A stretch of DNA of 64,000 nt, taken from contig JBDRPD010000083.1 of the NCBI GenBank assembly GCA_043827405.1, positions 1 through 64,000 of the forward strand, in the 5' to 3' direction. The first letter of the stretch is position 1; each line of letters starts with the position of its first letter. Shown one piece after another: positions 38,054 through 45,867 of the stretch. Position numbers and translations under genes: made by a program. Source of the stretch: Elusimicrobiota bacterium (GTDB lineage Bacteria; Elusimicrobiota; Elusimicrobia; UBA1565). The notes under the pieces were generated by a model. It was not told where the DNA came from and did no database searches. It worked only from the letters and a program-made list of their open reading frames with translations.

Positions 38054-39739
38054 CTATCGGGACCGCCGCGGCGCGGGAGCGCCGATGAGTGGTATGGGCG
38101 CGGTCCTTCGGTGCAGGGTGGCTGAGATCGTATCGGTCAGCTGGAAAGTGGGTCCAGGGATGAACGGCAGGCGGCGGTCTCGCAGCAGTTCTCGAATCTG
38201 CGTCTCCAGGCGGCGAACGTCTTCCTTCAATATGCCGTCCGGCAGGCCGTCCACCAGCAGTAGATGGTCGACGTCCTTGTCCCGCAGGCGGGCGAGGGTC
38301 CGCTCGACACGCGTTTCGTTGTATCCATAGCTGACGAACCTGAGCGGATAGTTCCGGCGCGCGCTGAAATAGTTGAGATTGTTGGAGTTTAGGTATCCGA
38401 TTTCTGTGCCGAGGGCCACTTTTGTTTCTTGTTTTCCCGTCTCGCGCCAGATCCAATCAACAAGTTCCTGCTGGCGCCAAAGTCCTTCCCGCTGAGGTGG
38501 TCCGCTGTAGGTGCTGCCCGGCTTCAGGAAGGACGCCGGCCCGATCTGGACGGCAGGAAAAAGCTTCACGCCAAAAGTCTGCAGTGCGTAGCCAGCCGCG
38601 GGGATCGCAAAAAACAGGCTTAGGAGCGCGGCGCGCAGGCGCGAGTTTCGCGTTAGCAGATCGAGGCCGCCGGCTAGCAGCAGGGAGAAGGCCGGCAGCG
38701 CCGGAGTCATGAAGCGGATGGCCTTGTTGACGCCGACGGTGCCGAAAAACAACGGAACGAGCAGCCAGGACAGGAGCAGGCTCAGGGAGGAGTTGGAAAT
38801 CAATAGGGGGAGCGGCCGCAGGCCGCGGCGATGCCGGTAGAGGAGCGCGGCGGCGACTGCGGCCGACGCAAGGAAATAGTAATAGGACAGGCCGTTTTCG
38901 ATCAGCTTGTGCCAGTAGCCGAAAAGGACGGCGGGGTTGAATACCCGCGTGTCACCGTAGTGCGCCGCGACCTTGCCGAAGCTGGCCATATAGATGTAGC
39001 CGGCCGTGTAGATCAAATTGTGGGCGTACCAGGTCAGGGCGATCAACCCGCTTATTGCGACGATGGTCTTTAGCGGCGGCTCAACCGCGCGGAGGAAGCC
39101 GCCGCGCGACTCACGCCAGCGGCGCCACAGAACGTCGGCAAGGGCGCCGATGACGAACATGGGGAAAAGCACTTTGAGCAGCAGCCCCGCGCCGGCCAGC
39201 GCGCCGACGGCTCGGACATGGGTCCGTCGCCGCAGCCCGTCGGAGGCGGCGAGATGGTAGGTGACTGCGGACACCACCGCCGTTAGTGCGATTTCAACGA
39301 AGAAGCGGTGGGTGAGCCCGGCGATGAGCGGCAGCGTCAGGGTTATTAGCACCGCCAGCAGTCCGGCGGTCTGGGAAAATAGGCGCCGGCCGAGGAGAAA
39401 CACATAGCCGCCGAGCATGATGGTCGCGGCGAGGTTGACTAGAAGCGCCGTATCGTGCGATGGCCCGAAGAGAAAGAAGGGCGGCAGCGCCAGAACCGAG
39501 ATCAGGGGAGCCTTGAAGAGGAAGGCGGAGGCGTAAGCGCGGTAGAACGCGGCTGGCCCGTTATCGCGCAGGGCGTAATAGAGCTTGCAGGCGATTTCAA
39601 GATACCAGGCGTCGTCGAAGGTCGGGGGGTGCGTTTCGGCGTGAAAATACCACAGATTGATAGCGCAGCAGATTATGACGGCCGCGGCGGCCCCGGCGGC
39701 GGGGGAAATGCGTCCAATGCGATGGCGGACTGAAGTCAT
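38054..39739 (-). CDS. ArnT/GT39-like (PMT_2) membrane glycosyltransferase
   Basis: PPTFDDAWY first loop, KAPL, GAGLLLK, NKAIRFMTPALP, many TM helices. Confidence 0.8.
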   Translation of the reverse strand: MTSVRHRIGRISPAAGAAAAVIICCAINLWYFHAETHPPTFDDAWYLEIACKLYYALRDNGPAAFYRAYASAFLFKAPLISVLALPPFFLFGPSHDTALLVNLAATIMLGGYVFLLGRRLFSQTAGLLAVLITLTLPLIAGLTHRFFVEIALTAVVSAVTYHLAASDGLRRRTHVRAVGALAGAGLLLKVLFPMFVIGALADVLWRRWRESRGGFLRAVEPPLKTIVAISGLIALTWYAHNLIYTAGYIYMASFGKVAAHYGDTRVFNPAVLFGYWHKLIENGLSYYYFLASAAVAAALLYRHRRGLRPLPLLISNSSLSLLLSWLLVPLFFGTVGVNKAIRFMTPALPAFSLLLAGGLDLLTRNSRLRAALLSLFFAIPAAGYALQTFGVKLFPAVQIGPASFLKPGSTYSGPPQREGLWRQQELVDWIWRETGKQETKVALGTEIGYLNSNNLNYFSARRNYPLRFVSYGYNETRVERTLARLRDKDVDHLLLVDGLPDGILKEDVRRLETQIRELLRDRRLPFIPGPTFQLTDTISATLHRRTAPIPLIGAPAPRRSR

Positions 39740-39754
39740 GTAGAATATGAAGGC

Positions 39755-40705
39755 GTGAGCATGATAGCAAAAGAGGGTTTACCGGTCGGTGAGCTGTGGC
39801 GACGAATGCTGTTGATCCGGCGCTTTGAAGAGAACCTGCTGCGGATGTTTGGGCAGGGCGAGATCTTCGGCACCACACACTGCTGTATCGGCCAAGAAGC
39901 CAACGCCGTTGGCATAGCCTCCTGCCTGCGGCCGGGTGATTTCGTGGTCAGCAACCACCGTTGCCATGGACACTATCTGGCGCGCACCGGTGATGTGGAG
40001 GGGCTGCTCGCGGAGATGATGGGACGGTCGGCGGGGGTCGTCGGCGGCAGAGGGGGGTCTCAGCATCTGCACGCAGAGAACTTTATTTCGAATGGAATCC
40101 TCGGCGGCGGCACGCCTATCGCGGTCGGAACCGCGCTCGCGCATAAACTGGAAAAATCCGATGCGGCAACAGTTTGCTTTATTGGTGATGGGACTTTCGG
40201 CGAAGGGGTTCTCTACGAAGCGCTTAACATGGCATCCTTGTGGGGGGTACCGGTCCTTTTTGTGGTTGAGAATAACCATTATTCACAATCGACGCCGATC
40301 ATGAAAAACCTGGCGGGGAGTCTGCGCGGGCGTTTCGACGCTTTCGGGATTGCGGCGCAGGAGATCGAGAGCTTCGATGTGGCGGAGATTCGCAGCGCCG
40401 CTGATAAGCTTCTGGAAGATATGCGGCGGCGTGTCCGACCGGCGGCTTTACTCATAAGTACCTACCGTTTTTGTCACCATTCCAAGAACGATGACGCGCG
40501 CGATCCGGCGGAGGTCGCGCGGTGGAAAAAACGTGATCCCGTCGACGCCTTGCGGGAAACTGTCGACGCCGGCGAGCTCGAGCGGGCCGAACAGGAGATC
40601 GAGCAGCGCCTGAAACAGGCGGAGCGCGCGGCCAGCGAGAGCCCGGAGCCGGCGCTCACCGCGCGGCATCTTGATCCCTATTTTACCAGCGATGAGATAC
40701 GTTAA
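39755..40705 (+). CDS. TPP-dependent 2-oxoacid dehydrogenase E1 alpha-like subunit
   Basis: LIRRFEE, THCCIGQEA, NHRCHGH, GDG...ENN TPP motif, TYRFCHHS, RDPV. Confidence 0.9.
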   Translation: MSMIAKEGLPVGELWRRMLLIRRFEENLLRMFGQGEIFGTTHCCIGQEANAVGIASCLRPGDFVVSNHRCHGHYLARTGDVEGLLAEMMGRSAGVVGGRGGSQHLHAENFISNGILGGGTPIAVGTALAHKLEKSDAATVCFIGDGTFGEGVLYEALNMASLWGVPVLFVVENNHYSQSTPIMKNLAGSLRGRFDAFGIAAQEIESFDVAEIRSAADKLLEDMRRRVRPAALLISTYRFCHHSKNDDARDPAEVARWKKRDPVDALRETVDAGELERAEQEIEQRLKQAERAASESPEPALTARHLDPYFTSDEIR

Positions 40706-41705
40706 GCGGCTCAACGAGGCCTTGGCCGGCCTGCTCGCCGATGACCCCAAGATCGTGCTGCTGGGCGAAGATATCGCCGATCCTTACGGCGGCGCCTTCA
40801 AGGTTACCCGCGGCCTGTCTACGCGCTTCCCCGAGCGGGTATTCTCAACCCCGGTAAGCGAGGCCGGCTTTACCGGCGTCGCGGTCGGCCTGGCGCTTAA
40901 GGGCTTCAAGCCCGTCGTCGAGATTATGTTCGGCGACTTCATCACTCACTGCGCCGATCAGATAGTCAACCACGCGGCCAAGCTCGGCTGGTACCGCGAT
41001 CCCGAGCGCGGGGTGCCGCTGGTTTTTCGCACGCCGATGGGCGGCGGCCGCGGCTACGGCGCGACGCATTCGCAGTCCCTTGAGAAAATGTTTCTTGGCG
41101 TGCCGTTTGTGCATGTCGTCGCCGGCAATCTGCTGACCGATCCCGGCGATCTTCTCACGCAGGCGCTCCGGCTGGACCGGACCGTTCTCTTCATCGAACA
41201 TAAGCTGCATTACGGCAGGGAGTTGCTGGACGAAACCGCCGATGAGTTGGGCGCGTTTCGCATCACGATGACTACTGGAGACTTTCCGACAGCGACGATT
41301 GCGATCGCCGACGGCGCCGCGCCGCAGGCGACCTTGGTCGCCTATGGCGCGATGGCCGACCTTTGCCTTGAGGCTTCGCGCCGTCTGTTTGTTGAAGATG
41401 AGGTCGAAGCGGAAGTCGTGGTCCCGTCGCGGATTAAGCCTTTCCCGCTCGATCCGATCATGGCGTCCGTGCGGCGGACCGGCCGGCTCGTCGTCGTCGA
41501 GGAGGGGACGGAGGGCTTCGGCTGGGGCGCGCAGGTCGTCTGCACTTTGCTGGAGCGCGGCGCCGCGTTCGCCGCGCCGCCCAAGGCCATCGCCGCGGCG
41601 GCCTGCCCGCTGGCGGGCTCTCCGTATCTCGAGAAGATGCTCCTGCCGCGGACGGATGATATCGTCGCCGCGGTGCGGTCGATTATGGCAGGGAGGAAAT
41701 TATGA
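40692..41705 (+). CDS. 2-oxoacid dehydrogenase E1 beta-like subunit
   Basis: LGEDI..YGGAFKVTRGL, TPVSEAG, EIMFGDF, ATHSQS, VVEEG. Confidence 0.9.
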   Translation: MRYVKRLNEALAGLLADDPKIVLLGEDIADPYGGAFKVTRGLSTRFPERVFSTPVSEAGFTGVAVGLALKGFKPVVEIMFGDFITHCADQIVNHAAKLGWYRDPERGVPLVFRTPMGGGRGYGATHSQSLEKMFLGVPFVHVVAGNLLTDPGDLLTQALRLDRTVLFIEHKLHYGRELLDETADELGAFRITMTTGDFPTATIAIADGAAPQATLVAYGAMADLCLEASRRLFVEDEVEAEVVVPSRIKPFPLDPIMASVRRTGRLVVVEEGTEGFGWGAQVVCTLLERGAAFAAPPKAIAAAACPLAGSPYLEKMLLPRTDDIVAAVRSIMAGRKL

Positions 41706-41917
41706 GAAGCATGCGGATGGCCGGGCTTGCCGTGTCCATCTTCCTGGCCGGGGCGCTTCCCGCGCATGCCTATCTCGATCCCGGCTCCGGCAGCATGTAT
41801 CTGCAGCTGCTGCTGGGCGGGCTCGCCGGCATTGGCCTGGTTCTTAAGATATTCTGGGGAAATATCCTGGAGATGTTCGGCCTTGGCAGGAAGGACGACG
41901 ACGGCAAGGCCGAGTAG
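41702..41917 (+). CDS. Small membrane protein with signal peptide (YLDPGSGS motif)
   Basis: Signal peptide ending AHA, then YLDPGSGS and one TM helix; overlaps the upstream stop and ends 3 bp before the next gene. Confidence 0.8.
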   Translation: MRSMRMAGLAVSIFLAGALPAHAYLDPGSGSMYLQLLLGGLAGIGLVLKIFWGNILEMFGLGRKDDDGKAE

Positions 41918-41920
41918 CGC

Positions 41921-43312
41921 ATGGGATACGATACGGCCTCCTTCCGGGATCGCAGCGGCCGCGTTCTGCTCGCGGACGGCGCCGTCTATCGCTGCCTGAG
42001 CGCCGGAGCCCTCGCGGATTGGAACCGCCTGAAAGATACCGCCTTCTTTCGCCGCATGACGGATGACGGACGGCTGGTGGGTACCCGCGAAGCCGACGCC
42101 GACAAAAGCAGCCGGCTGATGCCGCCGGGGGATTGGATCGGCCTGCTGGAGCATGACGTCATCCCGTTTGTTTCCTACCCGTATGAGTGGAGCTTCGGCA
42201 TGCTGCGCGACGCCGCTCTGCTGCAGCTCGATATCCTCCTCGCCGCCCTGCGGGAAGGCCTGACGCTTAAAGACGCTTCCGCATTCAATATCCAATGGCG
42301 CGGCGCGCGTCCGGTGTTTATCGATATGCTGTCGTTTGCGCCGTACCGGAAAGGCGCGCCCTGGGCGGGATACCGCCAATTCTGCCAGATGTTTCTCTAC
42401 CCGCTGTTCCTGCAGGCGTACCGCGATGTGCCGTTTCATCCCTGGACGCGCGGCGCGATAGAGGGGATCACCCCCGAACAATGCCGCCGCCTGCTGTCGC
42501 TGCGCGACCTGCTGCGCCCCGGAGTGTTTACCCACGTCTACCTGCAGGCGAAGCTGCAGGAGCGCTGCGGCGGCGCCGGCCGCGACGCGCGGAGTGATCT
42601 TGAGCGAGTGGGATTCGATGAGAAGCTTATTCGCGCGAACCTGAGGTCTCTGCGCGGCCTGGTGGAGTCGCTGCATTGGCGGCCCGCGCGCTCCGAGTGG
42701 TCGGAGTACGGAGATGATCATAGCTATGCCGCGGAAGATCATGCGGCGAAAAAGGCGTTTGTTGAGGAGGCCGCGGCGGAGAAGCGGCGGACGCTGGTTT
42801 GGGATCTCGGCGCCAACCGCGGGGATTTCTCACGTCTCGCCGCCGAGCATGCCGACTGTGTCTTGGCCATGGACGCCGATCACCTCGTCGTAGAGCGTCT
42901 GTACCAGGAACTAAAGAAGGACGGCCGCGATAATATCCTGCCGCTGGTGATGAACGTCGCAGACGCCTCGCCGGGGCTCGGTTGGCGCGGCGCGGAGCGC
43001 CGGAGTCTGCCGGAGCGGGGGCGGCCCGGACTGGTCCTTTGTCTCGCCCTGCTGCACCATATGGTCATCACCCATAATATTCCGCTCGCAGAGTTCGTCG
43101 CCTGGCTGGCTGAGCTGGGCGGGGACTTGGTTATTGAATTTATCGACAAGCAGGACCCGATGGTGCGCCGGCTGCTGCTTAATAAGGCGGATCAGTACGC
43201 GGATTATGAACGTTCTTGTTTCGAGTCCTGCCTGTCTCGTTATTTTACGATCGTGCGGCAGCAGGCGCTGTCCGGCGAGCGGCGGGTTCTGTACTATGGG
43301 CGGCGTAAATGA
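41921..43312 (+). CDS. NoeA-like protein: kinase-like N-terminal domain plus class I methyltransferase
   Basis: SFRD, SYPYEWSF, LKDASAFN, FIDMLSF; C-terminal WDLGANRG, LALLHH. Confidence 0.8.
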   Translation: MGYDTASFRDRSGRVLLADGAVYRCLSAGALADWNRLKDTAFFRRMTDDGRLVGTREADADKSSRLMPPGDWIGLLEHDVIPFVSYPYEWSFGMLRDAALLQLDILLAALREGLTLKDASAFNIQWRGARPVFIDMLSFAPYRKGAPWAGYRQFCQMFLYPLFLQAYRDVPFHPWTRGAIEGITPEQCRRLLSLRDLLRPGVFTHVYLQAKLQERCGGAGRDARSDLERVGFDEKLIRANLRSLRGLVESLHWRPARSEWSEYGDDHSYAAEDHAAKKAFVEEAAAEKRRTLVWDLGANRGDFSRLAAEHADCVLAMDADHLVVERLYQELKKDGRDNILPLVMNVADASPGLGWRGAERRSLPERGRPGLVLCLALLHHMVITHNIPLAEFVAWLAELGGDLVIEFIDKQDPMVRRLLLNKADQYADYERSCFESCLSRYFTIVRQQALSGERRVLYYGRRK

Positions 43313-44166
43313 TTCTCATCACCGGGGCCGACGGCGCGGTCGGCTCCTACGCCGAGGAGGTCTTTGCGGGCGAGCGTCTGCATCTCGGGACGCTGGAGAC
43401 GCTGGACGTTACCGACCCGGATAAGGTTTTGACGCTATGCCGCGAATTGCGGCCGGCGGCGGTGGTGCATCTCGCTTCCGAAACGGACGTGGATCGCTGC
43501 GAGAAGGAGCGCGCGCATGCCTTCCGCGTCAACGCGGATGGCGCCGCGAACGTCGCGGCGGCCTGCCGGGAAACCGGGGCGGTTATGGCGTATGTCAGCA
43601 CGGGCATGGTGTTCGACGGGAGCAAGGACGAGCCCTATGTCGAGTCTGACCCCGTCGCGCCGGGCAACGTTTACGCAGAATCCAAGCTGGCGGGTGAAGA
43701 GGCGGTGCGCAGGGAGCTGGAGCGCTTCTTTATCGTTCGCACCAGCTGGCTGATCGGCGGCGGCAAGCGCGATAAGAAATTCGTAGCCAAGATCCTGCGT
43801 CTGCTGGGGGAGCGGGATCGCATCGAGGTCGTCAGTGATCTCTACGGCACGCTCACCTATGGAAGGCAGCTGCTGCTGCAGATCAAGGCGCTGTTGGCCA
43901 CCGAGCATTACGGCGTTTTCCATGCAGCCAATCCGGGTAAAGTCTCGCGTTTTGACATCGCGCAGGAGATCGTGCGCCTGATTGGGAGCTCGGCCGAAGT
44001 CGTGCCGGTCGGCGCCGAGCGCTTCCCGCTGCCGGCGCCCCGCGGAAAGTCAGAGGTGCTGTCGGTCGCCAAGCTGGAGGCGCTGGGGCTGTGCCGCATG
44101 ACCGATTGGCGGCGGGCCTTGGCCGAGTATCTGGAAGAGCTGAAGCGGATAGGGAGGTGGGAATAG
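43309..44166 (+). CDS. rfbD: dTDP-4-dehydrorhamnose reductase family protein
   Basis: ITGADGAVG, TDVDRCE, STGMVFDG, YAESKLAGE, RTSW, PAPR. Confidence 0.82.
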   Translation: MILITGADGAVGSYAEEVFAGERLHLGTLETLDVTDPDKVLTLCRELRPAAVVHLASETDVDRCEKERAHAFRVNADGAANVAAACRETGAVMAYVSTGMVFDGSKDEPYVESDPVAPGNVYAESKLAGEEAVRRELERFFIVRTSWLIGGGKRDKKFVAKILRLLGERDRIEVVSDLYGTLTYGRQLLLQIKALLATEHYGVFHAANPGKVSRFDIAQEIVRLIGSSAEVVPVGAERFPLPAPRGKSEVLSVAKLEALGLCRMTDWRRALAEYLEELKRIGRWE

Positions 44167-44168
44167 GG

Positions 44169-45008
44169 ATGGGGATATTGCCCGAATGGCTGCGCCGCGT
44201 ACTTCCTGAAAAGGTCCTGGTGGGGCTGCGCAAGACTCATGACGCCGCGCGCGCGGTTCCGTTCGCTTTCGGCAGCCGTTTCGAGCGGTGCGCGGTGCGA
44301 GGCTTGGCGATTGAGTTGCTGGTGACCAGCGGCATCGAGCATTATCGCGCCGAGACCTATGCCTCCAAGGAGCCGGGTACCTTGGACTGGCTGGACGCCG
44401 AGCTGCGGGAAGGCGACGTGCTCTACGACGTCGGAGCGAATATCGGCCTATATTCGCTCTACGCCGCCCAGAGGGCGCCGGGCTGCGCGGTTTTTGCGTT
44501 CGAGCCGGAGGCGCAGAACTTCGCGCACCTATGCCGCAATATCCATCGCAATGGGCTGACACAGATCGTTCCTGTCTGTGTGCCGCTGTCCGATAGGGAA
44601 GAGTTCGCCCGGCTGCACGTGACCGATATGGCGGCGGGCACCGCTTTCCATTCGCTGCACGCTCCCTCGACCCAACGATCGGATGGTGTGCGCTCCGTGC
44701 TCGAGCAAGGCGCGCTGGCGACGTCGCTTGACCACATGACGGAGAAGCTGGGCCTGCCGGCGCCGAGCCTGCTCAAGCTCGATGTCGACGGACATGAGCT
44801 GCAGATCGTTAAGGGCATGCGATCGCTGTTGGGGTCGGGAAAGATCCGCAGCCTGATGGTTGAGATCAACGGCGAGATCGAGGGCGAGAGCGCGAGCCCC
44901 ATTCCCAAGCTATTAACGGAATGCGGCTACGTTTTGGCGGCGACTTCCGACGGCGAAGCCATTCGCCGGGGCGATACCTCGCGCAATTGCGTGTTCAAGA
45001 GGAAGTAG
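44169..45008 (+). CDS. FkbM-family methyltransferase
   Basis: YDVGANIG, AFEP, LKLDVDGHE. Confidence 0.88.
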   Translation: MGILPEWLRRVLPEKVLVGLRKTHDAARAVPFAFGSRFERCAVRGLAIELLVTSGIEHYRAETYASKEPGTLDWLDAELREGDVLYDVGANIGLYSLYAAQRAPGCAVFAFEPEAQNFAHLCRNIHRNGLTQIVPVCVPLSDREEFARLHVTDMAAGTAFHSLHAPSTQRSDGVRSVLEQGALATSLDHMTEKLGLPAPSLLKLDVDGHELQIVKGMRSLLGSGKIRSLMVEINGEIEGESASPIPKLLTECGYVLAATSDGEAIRRGDTSRNCVFKRK

Positions 45009-45741
45009 ACGCGAGGTAGAGCAGGAACTCGACATTGCCTTTCGGGCCCTTCACGGGGCTCTCCATGAGGCCGCGCTCTTTCAGCCCCAGGCCCCGCGCC
45101 GCCGCGCGCACTTTCTCCACCGCTTCGCGGCGATAGCTCTCCTGGCGCACCACGCCCTTGGGCGCCTTTTTGGGTTCGAGCTCGAACTGCGGCTTGATCA
45201 GGGCGACCACCTCGCAAGGAGCCTGCAGGCAGGCCAACGCCGGCGGCAGAACGAGGGTGAGGGATATGAAGGAAACGTCGATCACCGCCAGATCGATCCG
45301 CTCGCTCGCGCCGCCCAGGAGCTCCGGCGTCAGATTTTTGGCATGGGTTTTTTCCCGGCATATCACACGGGGATCTTCGCGCAGCCGGCTGTCGAGCTGG
45401 CCGTGCCCCACATCCACGGCATAGACCTTGGCGGCTCCGCGCTGGAGCAGGCAATCGGTAAAGCCGCCGGTTGAGGCGCCGAGGTCCAGGGCGGTCCGGC
45501 CGCGGACATCGAGCCGGAAGGCGTCAAGGCCGGCGGCCAATTTGAGACCGCCGCGGGAAACGTAGGGGACGGCGTCCTTGAGCACTTCGATGCGGACGTC
45601 GGCCTTGACCGGGGTCCCCGCTTTGGTTGCAGGCCGGTCATTAAGCAGGACCTTGCCCGCCATGAGCGCGGCCTGCGCTTTGGTCCTGCTGGCAAAGAGG
45701 CCGCGTTCGACCAGGAGGGCGTCCAGGCGGAGCTTCTTCAT
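44995..45741 (-). CDS. tlyA: TlyA-family rRNA 2'-O-methyltransferase
   Basis: S4 domain KLRLDALLVERG, YVSRGGLKL, DLGASTGGFTD, DVSFISL, IKPQFE, GNVEF; start ATG 45741. Confidence 0.95.
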   Translation of the reverse strand: MKKLRLDALLVERGLFASRTKAQAALMAGKVLLNDRPATKAGTPVKADVRIEVLKDAVPYVSRGGLKLAAGLDAFRLDVRGRTALDLGASTGGFTDCLLQRGAAKVYAVDVGHGQLDSRLREDPRVICREKTHAKNLTPELLGGASERIDLAVIDVSFISLTLVLPPALACLQAPCEVVALIKPQFELEPKKAPKGVVRQESYRREAVEKVRAAARGLGLKERGLMESPVKGPKGNVEFLLYLASTSS

Positions 45742-45769
45742 CCCGCAATTATAGCGTTTGCGAAGACCC

Positions 45770-45798
45770 TTGACAGTACGGGAGTGCCGCCCTACAAT
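45770..45798 (+). promoter_or_regulatory. Sigma70-type promoter for the kinase gene
   Basis: TTGACA-17 bp-TACAAT. Confidence 0.7.
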
Positions 45799-45867
45799 TA
45801 GGTAAGGGACAGGGCAGACGTAATTCGCAAAAATCATTAATTAATAACGCAATTTAAGCGAGTCCGC

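Noticed and set aside
39755..41705. Housekeeping pyruvate dehydrogenase (pdhA/pdhB)
   Set aside because: No adjacent E2 or E3 and embedded in glycan genes, so the symbols were withheld; a housekeeping role cannot be fully excluded
41702..41917. Microprotein as a RiPP precursor for the radical SAM-SPASM enzymes
   Set aside because: It looks like a signal peptide plus TM helix, lies more than 11 kb from the nearer radical SAM gene, and no RRE or dedicated peptidase is evident
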